Source: Squalus acanthias
Lineage: Eukaryota
Assembly: GCA_030390025.1 (NCBI GenBank)
Contig: CM059430.1
Span: forward strand, 75,640,001-75,704,000
Length of the DNA stretch: 64,000 nt
Direction: 5' to 3'
The translations under genes and the position numbers were made by a program. Within the stretch, counting starts at the first letter, position 1, and the number at the start of each line of letters is the position of its first letter. Below the pieces are notes generated by a model. That model was given only the letters and a program-made list of their open reading frames with translations, did not search any database and was not told the origin of the DNA. Positions 12,929-24,829 of this stretch are shown here, in pieces.

Positions 12929-14069
12929 GCGTTACATGAACACACCAATATAACGCCATAAAACCATTATAATCATTTGGTTGGATCATGTAATGATCTC
13001 TATAATATAGACTGTAATGAACGAGATGTGTTGCTGTGGTTTGGTAATTCCGCTGGTGACCTTCCGTACAGCTGAACTGGGCAGAATACAATACCAATTC
13101 GAGTAATTTTACTGAGAACAGGTCACACTATTGCAGATTTAGTCATTGTAATAGTTATGAATGCTGACATTGACATACACTGCAGAATAAAACATTAAAT
13201 AATTTGGAACATGTCAATGCAGAAATGTCAAAGTAAATCCGGGAAGTAGTAGCAGAGGACAGAAAGTAACTAAAGTAAGACATATTTTTAAATAAGGTAT
13301 CAGGAAATATTGTTTGTTACTCAGAGGCTGGAATATCTGGTCAAGAGTGGCTACAGAACCAACACCAGTTGGATTGAAATTGTGTCTGGGTGATATAATG
13401 GGAGAACTGGGGTACTGGGGTGTCATCCTATCGGATCTTTCAGATTCATCTCGTTTTCTGCACCTCTCTTTTGAAAGAATGATGCGTCCTTCACTTTCAC
13501 CAAAGAATTTCAATTTAAAATCATAATTGGGAAGACATCTGATAACGTGGGGCACTCATTATACTGGTTGATAATTTTCGTTGTACAATAACTGTAGATC
13601 AAGGACCTCAATTGAACATTTCGGTAGTGAGAACGCCAAGTTCCTCGTATCCCATCGCGACTATCACTTTTGAAAGTTGTACAGATATTTATGAACACAA
13701 AAGCTCAGTTTTGTGTGCGCATATTTCAGGTGGTCACGGCTAGGTAATATATTCGGTTGTATGAACAGGAAAACTAGTTAGCATCAGACATCGTACGATC
13801 CCTGAGGAAAACTGGCGATGTCTGCAACATAACCAGCGTGCTGCAGATAGCGCCAATAGAAATGTCTTCCATTTAAGTGCAATCATGATATACTCAAAGA
13901 AATCGAAATAGTGTCCTTTTGGCTACAGCAGTAGAAGGGTTAACGATTGGGGGTTTTGCTGCTCACGTACACAGATAGATACAAATTTTATCAAAACTGT
14001 ATTGCGGTTTCTGTTGTACTGAAAACTGTTGCCCGGCATTTGTCTCTAATATTGTTGCTTACGAGTAAG
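12929..14069 (+). pseudogene. Heavily decayed IgSF pseudogene: V-set domain, second Ig domain, C1-like domain and TCR alpha/delta-like TM
   Basis: One frame from 12989 reads CNDLYNIDCNERDVLLWFGNSAGDLPYS*TGQNTIPIRVILLRTGHTIADLVIVIVMNADIDIHCRIK (C-x15-W, Cys-Cys 64 codons). Domain 2: GRTGVLGC (13421), TGA at the Trp position (13472), FRC (13582) TITVDQGPQLNISV. C1-like: KSSVLC (13714), GDVCNITSVLQI, FKC (13878) NH. TM: TVLRFLL / LKTVA / LLLTSK. Needs several frameshifts and stop read-throughs. Confidence 0.5.
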
Positions 14070-14369
14070 GGAGGAAGCGGTTCTTGCCACATCATTACTT
14101 CAAGCACGAGGTTTATTGTAACATAATGGAAACGCGTTATCTGGTTAGCAAATAACTATTGCAGAAGTTTCGATACAGAGTTAACAACATATTCGAACAT
14201 CGGGAGAAAGCTAATTCTGCCCATCTTCAAAGGCGTCTTTATTAATGGCTGTTACTCCTCACGTTAACCATCGAGTCTGGCAATGGTAGAGTTCGGTTCG
14301 GAGGTAGGAGATGGAAAACTGAGGACGCCTGTTGTGTTCTTTTTCACTGCAGAGTTTCTTTGAATTACA

Positions 14370-15985
14370 AAAATAATAACATAAGAAATAAGAGCTGGAG
14401 AAGGCCATTTGGCCCTTCGAGCCTACTCCGACATTTAGCAAGATATTCTTCATCAATTCCACCCTCCCGCACTATCCCCATATCCCTTAATTCCTTTAGA
14501 TCCCAAAAAATTATCGACCTCTGTCTTGAATATACTCAACGACTGAGCATCCACAGCTCTCTGGGGTAGAGAATTCCAAAGATTCCCAACCCTTTGAATG
14601 AAGAAACGTCTCCTCATCTCAGTCCTAAATGGCCGACCCCTTATTCTGAGACTGCGACCCCGTGTTCTAGATTCCCCAGGCAGAGAATCATTTTCCCAGC
14701 ATTAACCCTGTGAAGCCCCTTAAGAATTTTATATGTTTCAAGTCGATCACCTCTCATTCTTCGAAGGAATATAGGCCTAGTCTACTCAATCTCTCCTCAT
14801 AAGGCAATGCCCTCATCCCAGGAAGCAGTCTCGTGAACCTTGGTTGCACTGACACTAAGGCAAGTATGTATTTCCTTAGGTAAGGAGACCAGAACTGTAC
14901 ACAGTACTCCAGATGTGGCCTCACCAATGCACTGTATAATTGTATTAAGACTTTGTTACTCTTATACTCTAATCCCTTTGTAACAAAAGCTAACATACCA
15001 TCCACTTTCCTAATTGCTTGCTGTACCTGCATGTTAAATTTCTGTTATTCATGCAGAAGGACACCCAGGACCCTCTGTTTGCAAATATTTCCCAGTCTCT
15101 CACCATTCAAAAAATATTCTGCTTCTTTGTTTTTCCTACAAAAGTGGATAACATCACACTCCCCCACTGTGTATTCTATTTGTCATGTTCTTGCCCACTC
15201 AGTTAGCCTGTCTAAATCTCTCTGCAGCCTTTTTGCATCCTCCTCACAGCTTACTTTCCCACCTAACTGTGTATCATCAGCAAATTGGATATGTTACATA
15301 CAGTCCCTTCATTTATGTCATTAAATGCTGAGGACTAAGCAGTGATCCTTGGCGGTATCCCGTTAGTTATAGCCTGCCAACCTCAAAAAGTTCAGTTTAT
15401 TCCTACTTTCTGTTTTCTGTCCATTAAGTATCCTCAATCCATGCTAAAATATTACCCCCAATACCACGAGTCCTAATTTTATGTAATAACCTCTAGTGTG
15501 GCAGCTTATCCAATACTTTTTGAAAATCCAAATACACTGCATCCACTGGTTCCCCCTTATCCATCCTACAAGTTACATCTTCAAAAAAATCTAAACAGGT
15601 TTGTCAAACACGATTACCTTTTCATAAAACCATGTTGACTCTGCCTAATCATATTATTATTTTCTAAGTGCCCTATTACCACGTCCCTAATAATAGATTC
15701 TAGCATTTTGCCTACTACTGATGTCAGGCTAACTGGTCTCTAGTTACCCTTTTTTTCTCTTCCTCCCTTCTTAAATAGTAGGGTTATATTTGCTACCTTC
15801 CAATCCTTGGGGACTGTTCTACTTGGGAATTCTTGAAGATTAATACGAGTGCATCCACTATCTCTGCAACTAACTCTTTTAAAACCCTAGGATGCAGGTC
15901 GTCAGGTCCAGGTGATTTGTCGCCACTTAGTCCCATTAATTTCTCTAGTGCTATGTCTTTCGTTATACTGATAGAAGCCCTGTAA
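14370..15985 (-). mobile_element. CR1 LINE, 3' ~1.6 kb
   Basis: DKSPGPDDLHPRVLKE, LVRPHLEYCVQFWSPYLRK; ATAAGA-repeat tail at ~14370. Confidence 0.9.
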
Positions 15986-16469
15986 ATTTCAATACACTGT
16001 CTGTTATCGTCAAACCATAGGCGTCGTTCCCTACATGCAGCTTGTGCCCTTTTTCTGTTCACTGTCACGGTAATATGGGACTCTGAACTCTGGAGGATCG
16101 ATTCCATGAGGAAGGATTTGTGACACCGCCGCAGTGCCGTAAATGGGTAGCTATGGAATCGGCAAGACAGGTGTCAGGGGATTGGAAGGCAGACTCAAAT
16201 ATTCCGCCGGAGTTTTCTCCATTTTGCGTCGCACCTTCGAACGGACGTTGCGCTGAACGGGACCGGAAACGGCCGGGTTAATTTTAATTCCATCCTCCCT
16301 GGGGGGATCTGGCATGAAATTATCGGGCGCTCATAACATTGCAATCAATGGAAAAGCAAATCAGGCAAATTGGATAAGTGCGGCCAATCCACGACTGCCC
16401 GCTTTGGACTTTCACCAAAGTTGAATTTTACCGCCATAGCTATTCAGCACTTTTTCCGCCAATCTTCAT

Positions 16470-17095
16470 TGAATCATGGAAGCTTCCAGTACAGAAGCGG
16501 GACATTCTCCCGATCGTGTCTGTGCCGGCTCTGTGAAAGCATTACCAGTTTGTTCCACTCTCCCCGCGGTTACCCAGAGCCCTGCAACTTTTTATTTTAC
16601 AAGTATTTATCCAATTCGCTTTTCAAAGTTACTATTGAGTGTGCTTCCCCCACCTTTCAGGCAGTGCATTCCAGATCACAACAACGTGCTGTGTAAAAAA
16701 TAATCACCTCATCTCCCATCTGGTTCCTTTGCCAAGTACCTTAAATCTGTGTCCTCTGTTTACCGACCCTCCTGCCAATGAAAAGGAGTTCTCCTCATTT
16801 ACTCTATGAAACATTCTCATAATTTGTAACCTTTTAAAGGTTCAGCATGACTTTGTGCTTTTGTAACCTATGCATTTATTTATAAACCCCAGGAGCGCGT
16901 GTGCTTTTTAAACAGTCTGACCAACTTGTCCTGCCATCTCCAAAGATGTGTTGATGTAAAGCCGTGGGACTCTCTATTCCTGCACCCCCTTTAAAATTGT
17001 CACATTTCGTTTATATTGCCTCTTCTCATTCTTCTTTCCAAAACGCCTCATTTCACACTTCTCTGCATTCAATGTCATCTGCTATGTGTCGATCC
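16470..17095 (-). mobile_element. Old CR1 3' fragment
   Basis: Nucleotide similarity to the CR1 3' ends at 5985-6815 and 63515-64000. Confidence 0.65.
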
Positions 17096-17689
17096 CTTCT
17101 GCCCTGACTTGAGCCAACAACATCTCCACGGAGCACCAGAGAATCTGGACGCTCTGCTTGGGACCGAGTCCCCTCCCCAAGCGCTGCTGCTTCCTCTGAT
17201 ATCTTGCACTCTCTGCTTCACAAAATTTAAAGCTGGAATCTTCTCCACGCGCCAACCTGAAACTGGGACGGGTAAGCGCCTGGAGAATTAAGGAACGTTC
17301 TGGCGCTGAGGGGAATCGCTTCTTGTCCTCCCGCCAGATGAAAGTGGTGGTGTTGGTGGGGGGGTCACTCAGGATTCAGCACCTTTACACAGTTCCCTGG
17401 CATTCAAAATTGCTCCCCAGAGCCATCATGCGCAATGTGGTGGTAACTCATTGCATGTGGCAGCAAAAGCCAGCAGGACCCCAATGGAGGGAGAGAGGGA
17501 GAAGACCTTCTAGCGGCCGTTATTCCCTCCAATGTGATCACACTTATCTTCTGGCGTGGGCTTCCTTCTCTGCTGTGGCTGCTGGTCTTCCGTTCTAACC
17601 GGCCTCGGGGTTCTCTTCATCCCCCTTAAATGCCCGGCCATCTCTCCAGGTGCTGCAGTGGAGATCCACTGTTATTTTAAGAGAAGCGA

Positions 17690-19700
17690 GTACCATCCGT
17701 GGCGAACTAAGAAAGTAAAGGATCGTATCAAATTCAAAACGAAGGCATACAATGTTGCCAAGATTGGTGGGATGCAAGAGGATTGGGAATTTTTTAAAAA
17801 CCTGCAAAGGATGACTAAAAAAATAATAAAGAGAGAGAAGATGAATTATGAGAGTAAACTGGCAAGAAATATTAAAACAGATAGTAAGAGCTTCTTCAGG
17901 TATATGAAAAGGAAGAGAGTAGCTGAAGTAAACTTTGGTCCCTTAGAGGCTGAGACTGGGGAATTAATAATGGGGAACGGTGAAATAGCAGAATCTATGA
18001 ACATATATTTTTTACCTGCCTTCACGGTAGAAGACACTAACAACATCCCAATAATGGCTAATCAAGTGGCCACAGGGAGCGGGGAACTAAAGACAATCAC
18101 TATCATAAAGGCAAAAGTACTTGGTAAAATAATGGGACTAAAAGACGACAAGTCCCCTGGACTAGGGGGCCTGCATTCCAGGGACTTAAAAGAAGTGGCT
18201 GCAGAGATACTGGATGCATTGGTTGCAATATAAGAAATTCCCTGGACTCTGGAGAGGTCCCAGCGGATTGCAAAACCTCAAATGTAACACCCCTATTTAA
18301 GAAAGGAGGGAGACAGAAAGCAGGAAACTATAGACCAGTTAGCCTAACATCTGTCGTTTGGAAAATGCTGGAGTCCTTCATTAAGGAAGCAGTAGCAGGA
18401 CAATTTGAAAATTATAATGCAGTCAAGCAGAGTCAGCATGGTTTTATGAAAGGGAAATCATGTTTAACAAATGTGCTGCTGTTCTTTAAGGGTAAAACGA
18501 GTAGGGTGGAGAATGGTGAGCCAGTGGATGTGGGGTATTTGGATTTCCAGAAGGCATTCGATAAGGTGGCACATAAAGGATTACTGCATAAGATAAGAGC
18601 TCACGGAATTGGGGGTAATATATTAGCATGGATAGAGAATTAGCTAATAAACAGAAAGCAGAGAGTCGGGATAAATGGGTCATTCTCCGTCTGAAAACGA
18701 TAACTAATGGGATGCCACAGGGATCGGTGTTGATGTCTCAACTATTTACAATCTACTTTAATGACTTACATGAAGGGACTGAGTGTAATCTAGCCAAGCT
18801 TGCGGATGAAACAAAGATGGGTGGGAAAGCAGGTTGTGCAGAGGACTCAAATAATTTGCAAAGCGATATAGACAGGCTAAGTGAGTGGGCAAACATTTGG
18901 CAGATGGACTATAATGTGGGAAAGTGCGAGGTTATCCACTTTGGCAGGAAAAATAAAAAATCTATTCATTATTTAAATGGAGAGAGACTACAAAATTCTA
19001 CAGGTCAGAGGGACCTGGGGCTCCTTGTGCATGAAACACATAAAGGTAGCTTTCAGGTACAGCAAGTAATCAAAAAGTCAAATGGAATGTTGGCATTTAT
19101 TGCAAGGGGGTTGGAGTATAAAAGCAGGGAAGTCCTGCTACAACTGTACAGGGTATTGGTGAGACCACACTTTGAGTACTGCGTACAGTTTCGGTCTCCT
19201 TATTTAAGGAAGGATATACTTGTGTTGGAGGCAGTTCAAAGACGATTCACCGGGTTAATTCCAGAGATGAGGGGGATGACTTATGAGGAAAGGTTGAGCA
19301 GGCTGGGCCTATACTCATTGGAATTTAGAAGAATGAGAGGTGATCTAATTGAAACATATAAGATACTGAGGGGGCTCGACAAGGTAGATGCTAAGTGGAT
19401 GTTACCCCACGTGGGGAAATCAAAACTCGGGGGCATAGTTTCAGAATAAAGGGTCGCTCTTTTAGAACTGAGATGAGAATTAATTTCTTCTCTCAGAGGG
19501 TCGTAAATCTGTGGAATTCTCTGCCCCAGAGAGCCGTGGAGGCTAGGTCATTAAATACATTTAAGATGGAGATAGGCAGATTTTTGCAAGATAAGGGAGT
19601 GAAGGGTAATGGGGAGCGGGCAAGGAAGTGGAGTTGAGCCCAAGATCAGCCATGACCTTAATTGGCCTATTCCTTCTACTATTTCTTGTATTCCTATGTT
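17690..19700 (+). mobile_element. CR1 LINE ORF2 (RT and C-terminus), 5'-truncated
   Basis: ORFs 17556-18233, 18365-18643, 18628-19449 and 19395-19637 carry [57 protein letters not shown]. Confidence 0.95.
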
Positions 19701-20650
19701 ATATTTAGTCTGTGGGCACGGGCAAGTTGTCTCTTCGTGGCGGAAATACCGCCGTAAATCGCGGTTCCTCTCAGATAAAGTTCGATTAGATAAACATGGA
19801 CTGAGATCGGGGTGGATTCGGAAGGGCCGGTCGAAGTCCCGCCTGGAACGAATTCCGACGCAAAGAGGAGAATCCTCCCACTGATGTCCTCTTTACCTGG
19901 CTGCAGCCTTTAGAAATCTGTGCCATCATCCTTTTACCGCATTAATAATGAAACCCGAGGGAGGGAGTACTGGTGGGTTAGGAACGGAGTCACTTGGACC
20001 AGATGTATCTCAAAATATCACATTTCTCAAAGCTTTCCCACCTTCTCATTTGCCAAGCGAACCTCCACAACCCTTTCTTTATATCTCGTCCTCCAGTTCT
20101 ACTATGTCATTGACTAATCAATGAGTTTCTTCAACGTGTTGCGAACCTGTCACTTTGATGGTATGTTATTGAGATAAAGCACATAAAGGCCGATCAATGG
20201 GGCTTTGCTTTAACTTCGGATTACAGATCCTGTTGAATTGAGGTTCACGTCCTGTCTGTTAAAAAGTTTACCTGAAACAGTTTTTGATACCTGATACGAC
20301 ACCTGACCACATCATCAATCAAATCGGATTATCTACACACTAATATTTCCAAACCATCAGAGCCGCGCTTCATCGGCAGAAAAATAGCTATTATACAATG
20401 TTTGTGTGTCAGTACACATGGGCCTTGTCGATTATTTAAGAAGATATTTTCGGTAATAATCGGTCCAGCTTTATTTTTCCTTTCGTTTCTTCCAATTCAT
20501 CTTCCAATCTTTCTATTTTTCTTACTTGCTTTCTGTCTATCTATTTAGCTAACTATGTCTATCTATCTATTTAGCGATCTATCTATGCGTGCCTATGTAT
20601 ATTTTGTTTCTATCTTATAACTAACGTTTAAAATTATTTTACTGCTGCAG

Positions 20651-20915
20651 TGCTCCAAACCCCTGAAAGCACCAGTGTGATGGCAGGTGCAGACATTACG
20701 TTCCATTGCAACACCAGCTCTGTCCAGGATAATTCAGATGTGAAAGTTTATTGGTGGAGACTTGGCGACAATCACTTCTTACAACCAGGTTCTGACGGCA
20801 GAAAACGAGTCTTCCTTTGAAAAACGGAGAGACTTCCTTTCAGATCCTGAATGCCCGTGTCCCAGACTCCGGAAACACGATGATAGAGGAGCCCGATCGA
20901 AGCATGTTGTGCACG
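20651..20915 (+). pseudogene. Gene A V exon (VJ-type Ig V domain), disabled
   Basis: Acceptor ..CTGCAG| and donor |GTAAGC. Reads VLQTPESTSVMAGADITFHCNTSSVQDNSDVKVYWWRLGDNHFLQPGSDGRKRVFL*, shifts to KNGETSFQILNARVPDSG, then a ~31-nt deletion removes YYC, then DRGARSKHVVH. 25/52 identical to gene B V over the N-terminal part. Confidence 0.88.
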
Positions 20916-21889
20916 GTAAGCGACCTTGGAAAGAGTCGCGACCGCTCCTATTGAAGGATCGCCATTCTAAAATAACAAAACCAGGCGGAGCGGCCATGTT
21001 ATGAGGCTTCTTTTAGTCGAACTTTTGTACATTTATGTTTGGATATTTACAGTGCAGATATAATTGAAGTGCTTTAATATATAGGATTAAGTAGATGGTA
21101 TCATAAATTGTTTTTATTATTTAACGCATCTACCCATGAAGGTAGTTTATGTACGATGATTAGGGAACATTATTTAAAATCAGATCTGAGGTCGTATCGC
21201 GGTTTTCACCCATTAAGTTTTATTTTCTATTCATATATGTAAGATAAGTATCCAGGACACTTTACAGAAGAGGGGTCTGAAGCCAAGAGCGTGGGTTGTG
21301 GTAGCAAACACGAGATGGGTGACTGTCCACAAGGACAGAAAACAAAAGAGTTTCTACAAATACTGGTACGATCACACCTTAATTTCTGTGCACAACTATA
21401 TCACCAATCTACAGTGAGGATACACAAGCATTGGACGCAGTGTAGAAAATGAAAACTAGCTTGAGGAACCGGAGTGAGGTCCAGACTTGAGGAGTTGGGC
21501 CTGTTTACTTTGAGCGCACAAGGCGCATTGGAGATTGTATTCTAGTACTCGAGATTATTAAGAGAATAGATAGTTGGGGTTTGCCCCAAAGACGGCAAGC
21601 AGTGGATAGTGGCTGAAAGGTTACAGAGGAAGCCGACAGAGAGTTTAGATTGAACTACTTTTCGCAGAAAATTGTGAATATGTGAAAGCGGCTGTACAGT
21701 GGACGCAGATTACATGAAAGATGCTAAAGGAAAATTGAATCGTTTTTGACGAAGTGAACGGATGTGATGTTTCAGATATGGGGAATGGACAGCTAGACTG
21801 CAAAGTATTTTCCAATCCTGCATTTCAGATGATATTATTACTGTGTATTCTTAAACGTTTGTGACAATGAAGGCGACTGTCTCTAACTT

Positions 21890-22700
21890 CATAGAATCAC
21901 AGAATCTTAAACCACAGAAACAGACCATTCAGCCTATCGTGCCTGTGTCGGCTCTGTGAAAGAGCTCTCCAATTAGTTCCACTGCCCTGCTATTCCCATA
22001 TAACCCTGCAAAGTTTCCCTTTTCAAGAATATATTCAATTCCCTTTTGCAAGTTACTATTGAATCTGCTTCCACCACCCTGTCAAGCAGCGCATTACAGA
22101 TCACAAGAAAAAATGCGCAAATTATGATTGCAAACACAGTAGAAAATAATAAATTTCATTCTCATTTGCGAGTGGATTCTACAGCAAATGTTGCAGAGAT
22201 TGAACTGGCTGAAAATGAAACAGATGAAGGAGAAGTTGGATCAAATACTGAAACATGGGGAAATAAGTTTATTAATTATGTAAAAAAAACTCTTCTCTCT
22301 TCTGTATTTTGGCCAATAATCTTAAATCTGTGGCTTCTGCTTACCGACCCTCCTGCAACTAGAAACAATCTCTCCCTACCTATCAAAACCCCTCATCACT
22401 TTGGACACCTCAATCAAATTTACTATTTAACCTTCTCTGCTGTAAGGACAACAATCCCAGCTTCTCCAGTCTCCTCACAACACTAAAGTCCCTTATCCCT
22501 GGTATCATTCTGGTAAATCTCTGCTGCACCCTCTCAAAGGCCTTCAAATCCTCCTCAAAGTGTGGAGCCCATATATGAGCAAAATACTCCAGCGGAGGCC
22601 TAACCAGTGATTAATAAATGTTTAGCATAACTTCCTTGTCAATGTGCTTGTCCTGCCACCCTCAAAGATTTATGGTAGTCCAATTATATAAATTGACCTG
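21890..22700 (-). mobile_element. CR1 3' fragment with an unrelated ~200-bp insert (~22105-22280)
   Basis: CATAGAAT-type tail and CR1 3' sequence similar to 5985-6815. Confidence 0.7.
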
Positions 22701-23114
22701 CATGTTAAATTCCTCGGGGTCCTATCGGTTTCACCTCGATAAATTGAGCAGAATACTGAGTTGTAACTCTATCAATAATGACCCTGAATACTGGGAGATG
22801 AGAGTGACAATGCCGCTCTCCGAGGTAGAGCTCTGCATATACATGGAGAACAGAGACGGAGGATCTACAATCTATGAGCATCTGAATAAACTCCATGTAA
22901 ATATACAATGTGGTCCTCGGGACTCTTTGGTCATTTATGAAAAGTAGATATGGTACTAGCCCGGAGTTATACTGCATGCGTGTCGAACCCAACTGTGAGC
23001 CAGCCTTCTCCAAGGAATCTCACCCGCTTCTCGTGGAATGCGGTCAGATCACAACTCTCGATTTAAATTGTAACTTTAACAAGTCCGAATGGGGGCACGC
23101 TTGACAGTAATAAT

Positions 23115-23300
23115 GGGCCGTAATTTGCGACCCCTGCGGGTGCGTACGCATGCGAAACGCGTGCGCCCTTGGGATACATGGGCCTGTGCCCGCGCCTACC
23201 CGGAGAGGCCCAGGGGCGCAATTCTCCAGAACTCCCGGACCAGCAGGTAAATTGGTGGAATTTTTGCAGGTCGGAGGCATACTACCGCAAATTTTGGCCC
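23115..23300. mobile_element. Short MITE with ~15-bp TIRs
   Basis: GGGCCGTAATTTGCG ... CGCAAATTTTGGCCC (revcomp GGGCCAAAATTTGCG). Confidence 0.7.
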
Positions 23301-23940
23301 ATTATATCTCCAGTCTAATGTTAGCCTTGCTGTGTGTCAGGCTGGAAGAGGCTGTGCCTGGACATTCAGCCACTTTCCTCATTCAGCTCAACGGGTGACC
23401 ACCTCAAACATCACTTCCCGCCATTCCCACATAATTACTTTTCCAGCAAGATGTTTATTTTCTCTATACAGTTTTGAACAACGTTAGTTTTTCTGCCCGA
23501 CAATATTCCCGGGATCAATGTATCGCTTCTCCAGACGGTAATCATTTTGCCCAATTGATTCAAATGTACAAATCATATCGCGAACAGTTTGAATTAATAT
23601 TACCTGAATAAGCTTTTCATATTTATTTAAAGCTGTCCAATAAGAAAACTGAGCGAAAAGGTGCTCAGTCCACGCAAAGAATCATGTTACCCTTTGTTCA
23701 ATTTACAAAACTGAATGCGATTTGTTTGAAATAAGTTTTGCCTGCTTTTTTCAACCTGCTTAATAACAAAACTGAGCAAAAAGCTGCTGAGCTGAAATAT
23801 AAATATAATTCTTTGCGTGGACTAACCACAAGCGGCGACGGCCTGAATGTCTAGTCGCACTGATTTGTTTCTCCTGACCCTGCGACAAGCTTCTGCATCG
23901 TCCGTATATTAGTGTAGAAAGTTATGGGAAGAATCTTAAA

Positions 23941-24698
23941 GGCCCAGAAATTAGGCTCCCTGGCTTCCCGCGGGTGCAAGGATCCCGCGTGCACCTACCT
24001 TCCACGCCTGCACTTAACCTCTGGGCCCACGGGGACTTCAGCTCCTGGGCCTCCCCCAACTGCCAGCGGGCAGTGCTTGCGTGTCCCAGGGGCGTAGTTA
24101 GTGTGATGCGTCCCCTGGGATCACGTGGGCCATGGAGAGGCAATGGCAGAAGACCATCTTTCATTCATAGATTTGACCTGTCAAATCTATGAATTAAAAT
24201 CGGCCCCAAAACAACAATTAAACTTCAAATAATTTTTTTAAGAAACCATCACATTTTTAAAATAACTATAAGTTTAATAGATTAACTACTTTAAACTAAA
24301 ATTTTAATTTTTGAAAGAATTAAATTACTTTTTAACAGTGCTGAAAATAAACTTACCTTTCTTTGAAGTATCTAAAAAAGATATAGCTGTTGAAAATTTT
24401 TTTAAATTGGAATTAAGTAATCACTTACCTTGTTGAAAAAGGGTCTTGCGCCTCCTTTTTAAAAGCACAGCTTCTTCAATACTTACCCTCCCGGAGAAAC
24501 CTGAAAAAAAACCTAAATTTGCCGCGTGTGTGCAGACTCCACCGAGCAGGCGGTTCACCTCTGAACAGCTCCCTTCACGAGACCGGAAGTTCCGGTTTCC
24601 CGAGCATGCGCAGTGCATGCAGGAAAGCAGCACTTCAGGTGGCCTTACGGGTGAGTACACAGCAAGTACTCACCCCGCAAGTGCCGAATAACTGGCCC
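23941..24698. mobile_element. MITE (GC arms, AT core), inverted relative of the element at 51253-52013
   Basis: Starts GGCCCAGAAATTAG and ends AATAACTGGCCC; internal GCATGCGCAGTGCATGCAGGAAA is the revcomp of the motif near 51326-51348. Confidence 0.6.
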
Positions 24699-24829
24699 AT
24701 TATTTCGAATGGTTAAATAACCAAAATGCGAATTGGAATCATCGTATGATATTCAGGAAGACTGGACGCCAAACGGGACTAAAATAGCAGAGTCTAGGCA
24801 ATTAGTGTATTCTTAACCCCCTTCCTCAG

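Noticed and set aside
13140-13180. Possible minus-strand terminal exon VYVNVSIHNYYND* after a TTTTATTCTGCAG acceptor
   Set aside because: No partner exons found; the same bases are better explained as the + strand V-domain remnant.
20040-20126. Possible decayed leader of gene A (TLSLYLVLQFYYVID*, followed by ATGAGT)
   Set aside because: No suitable in-frame ATG, an in-frame stop, and no GT donor; too weak to call.
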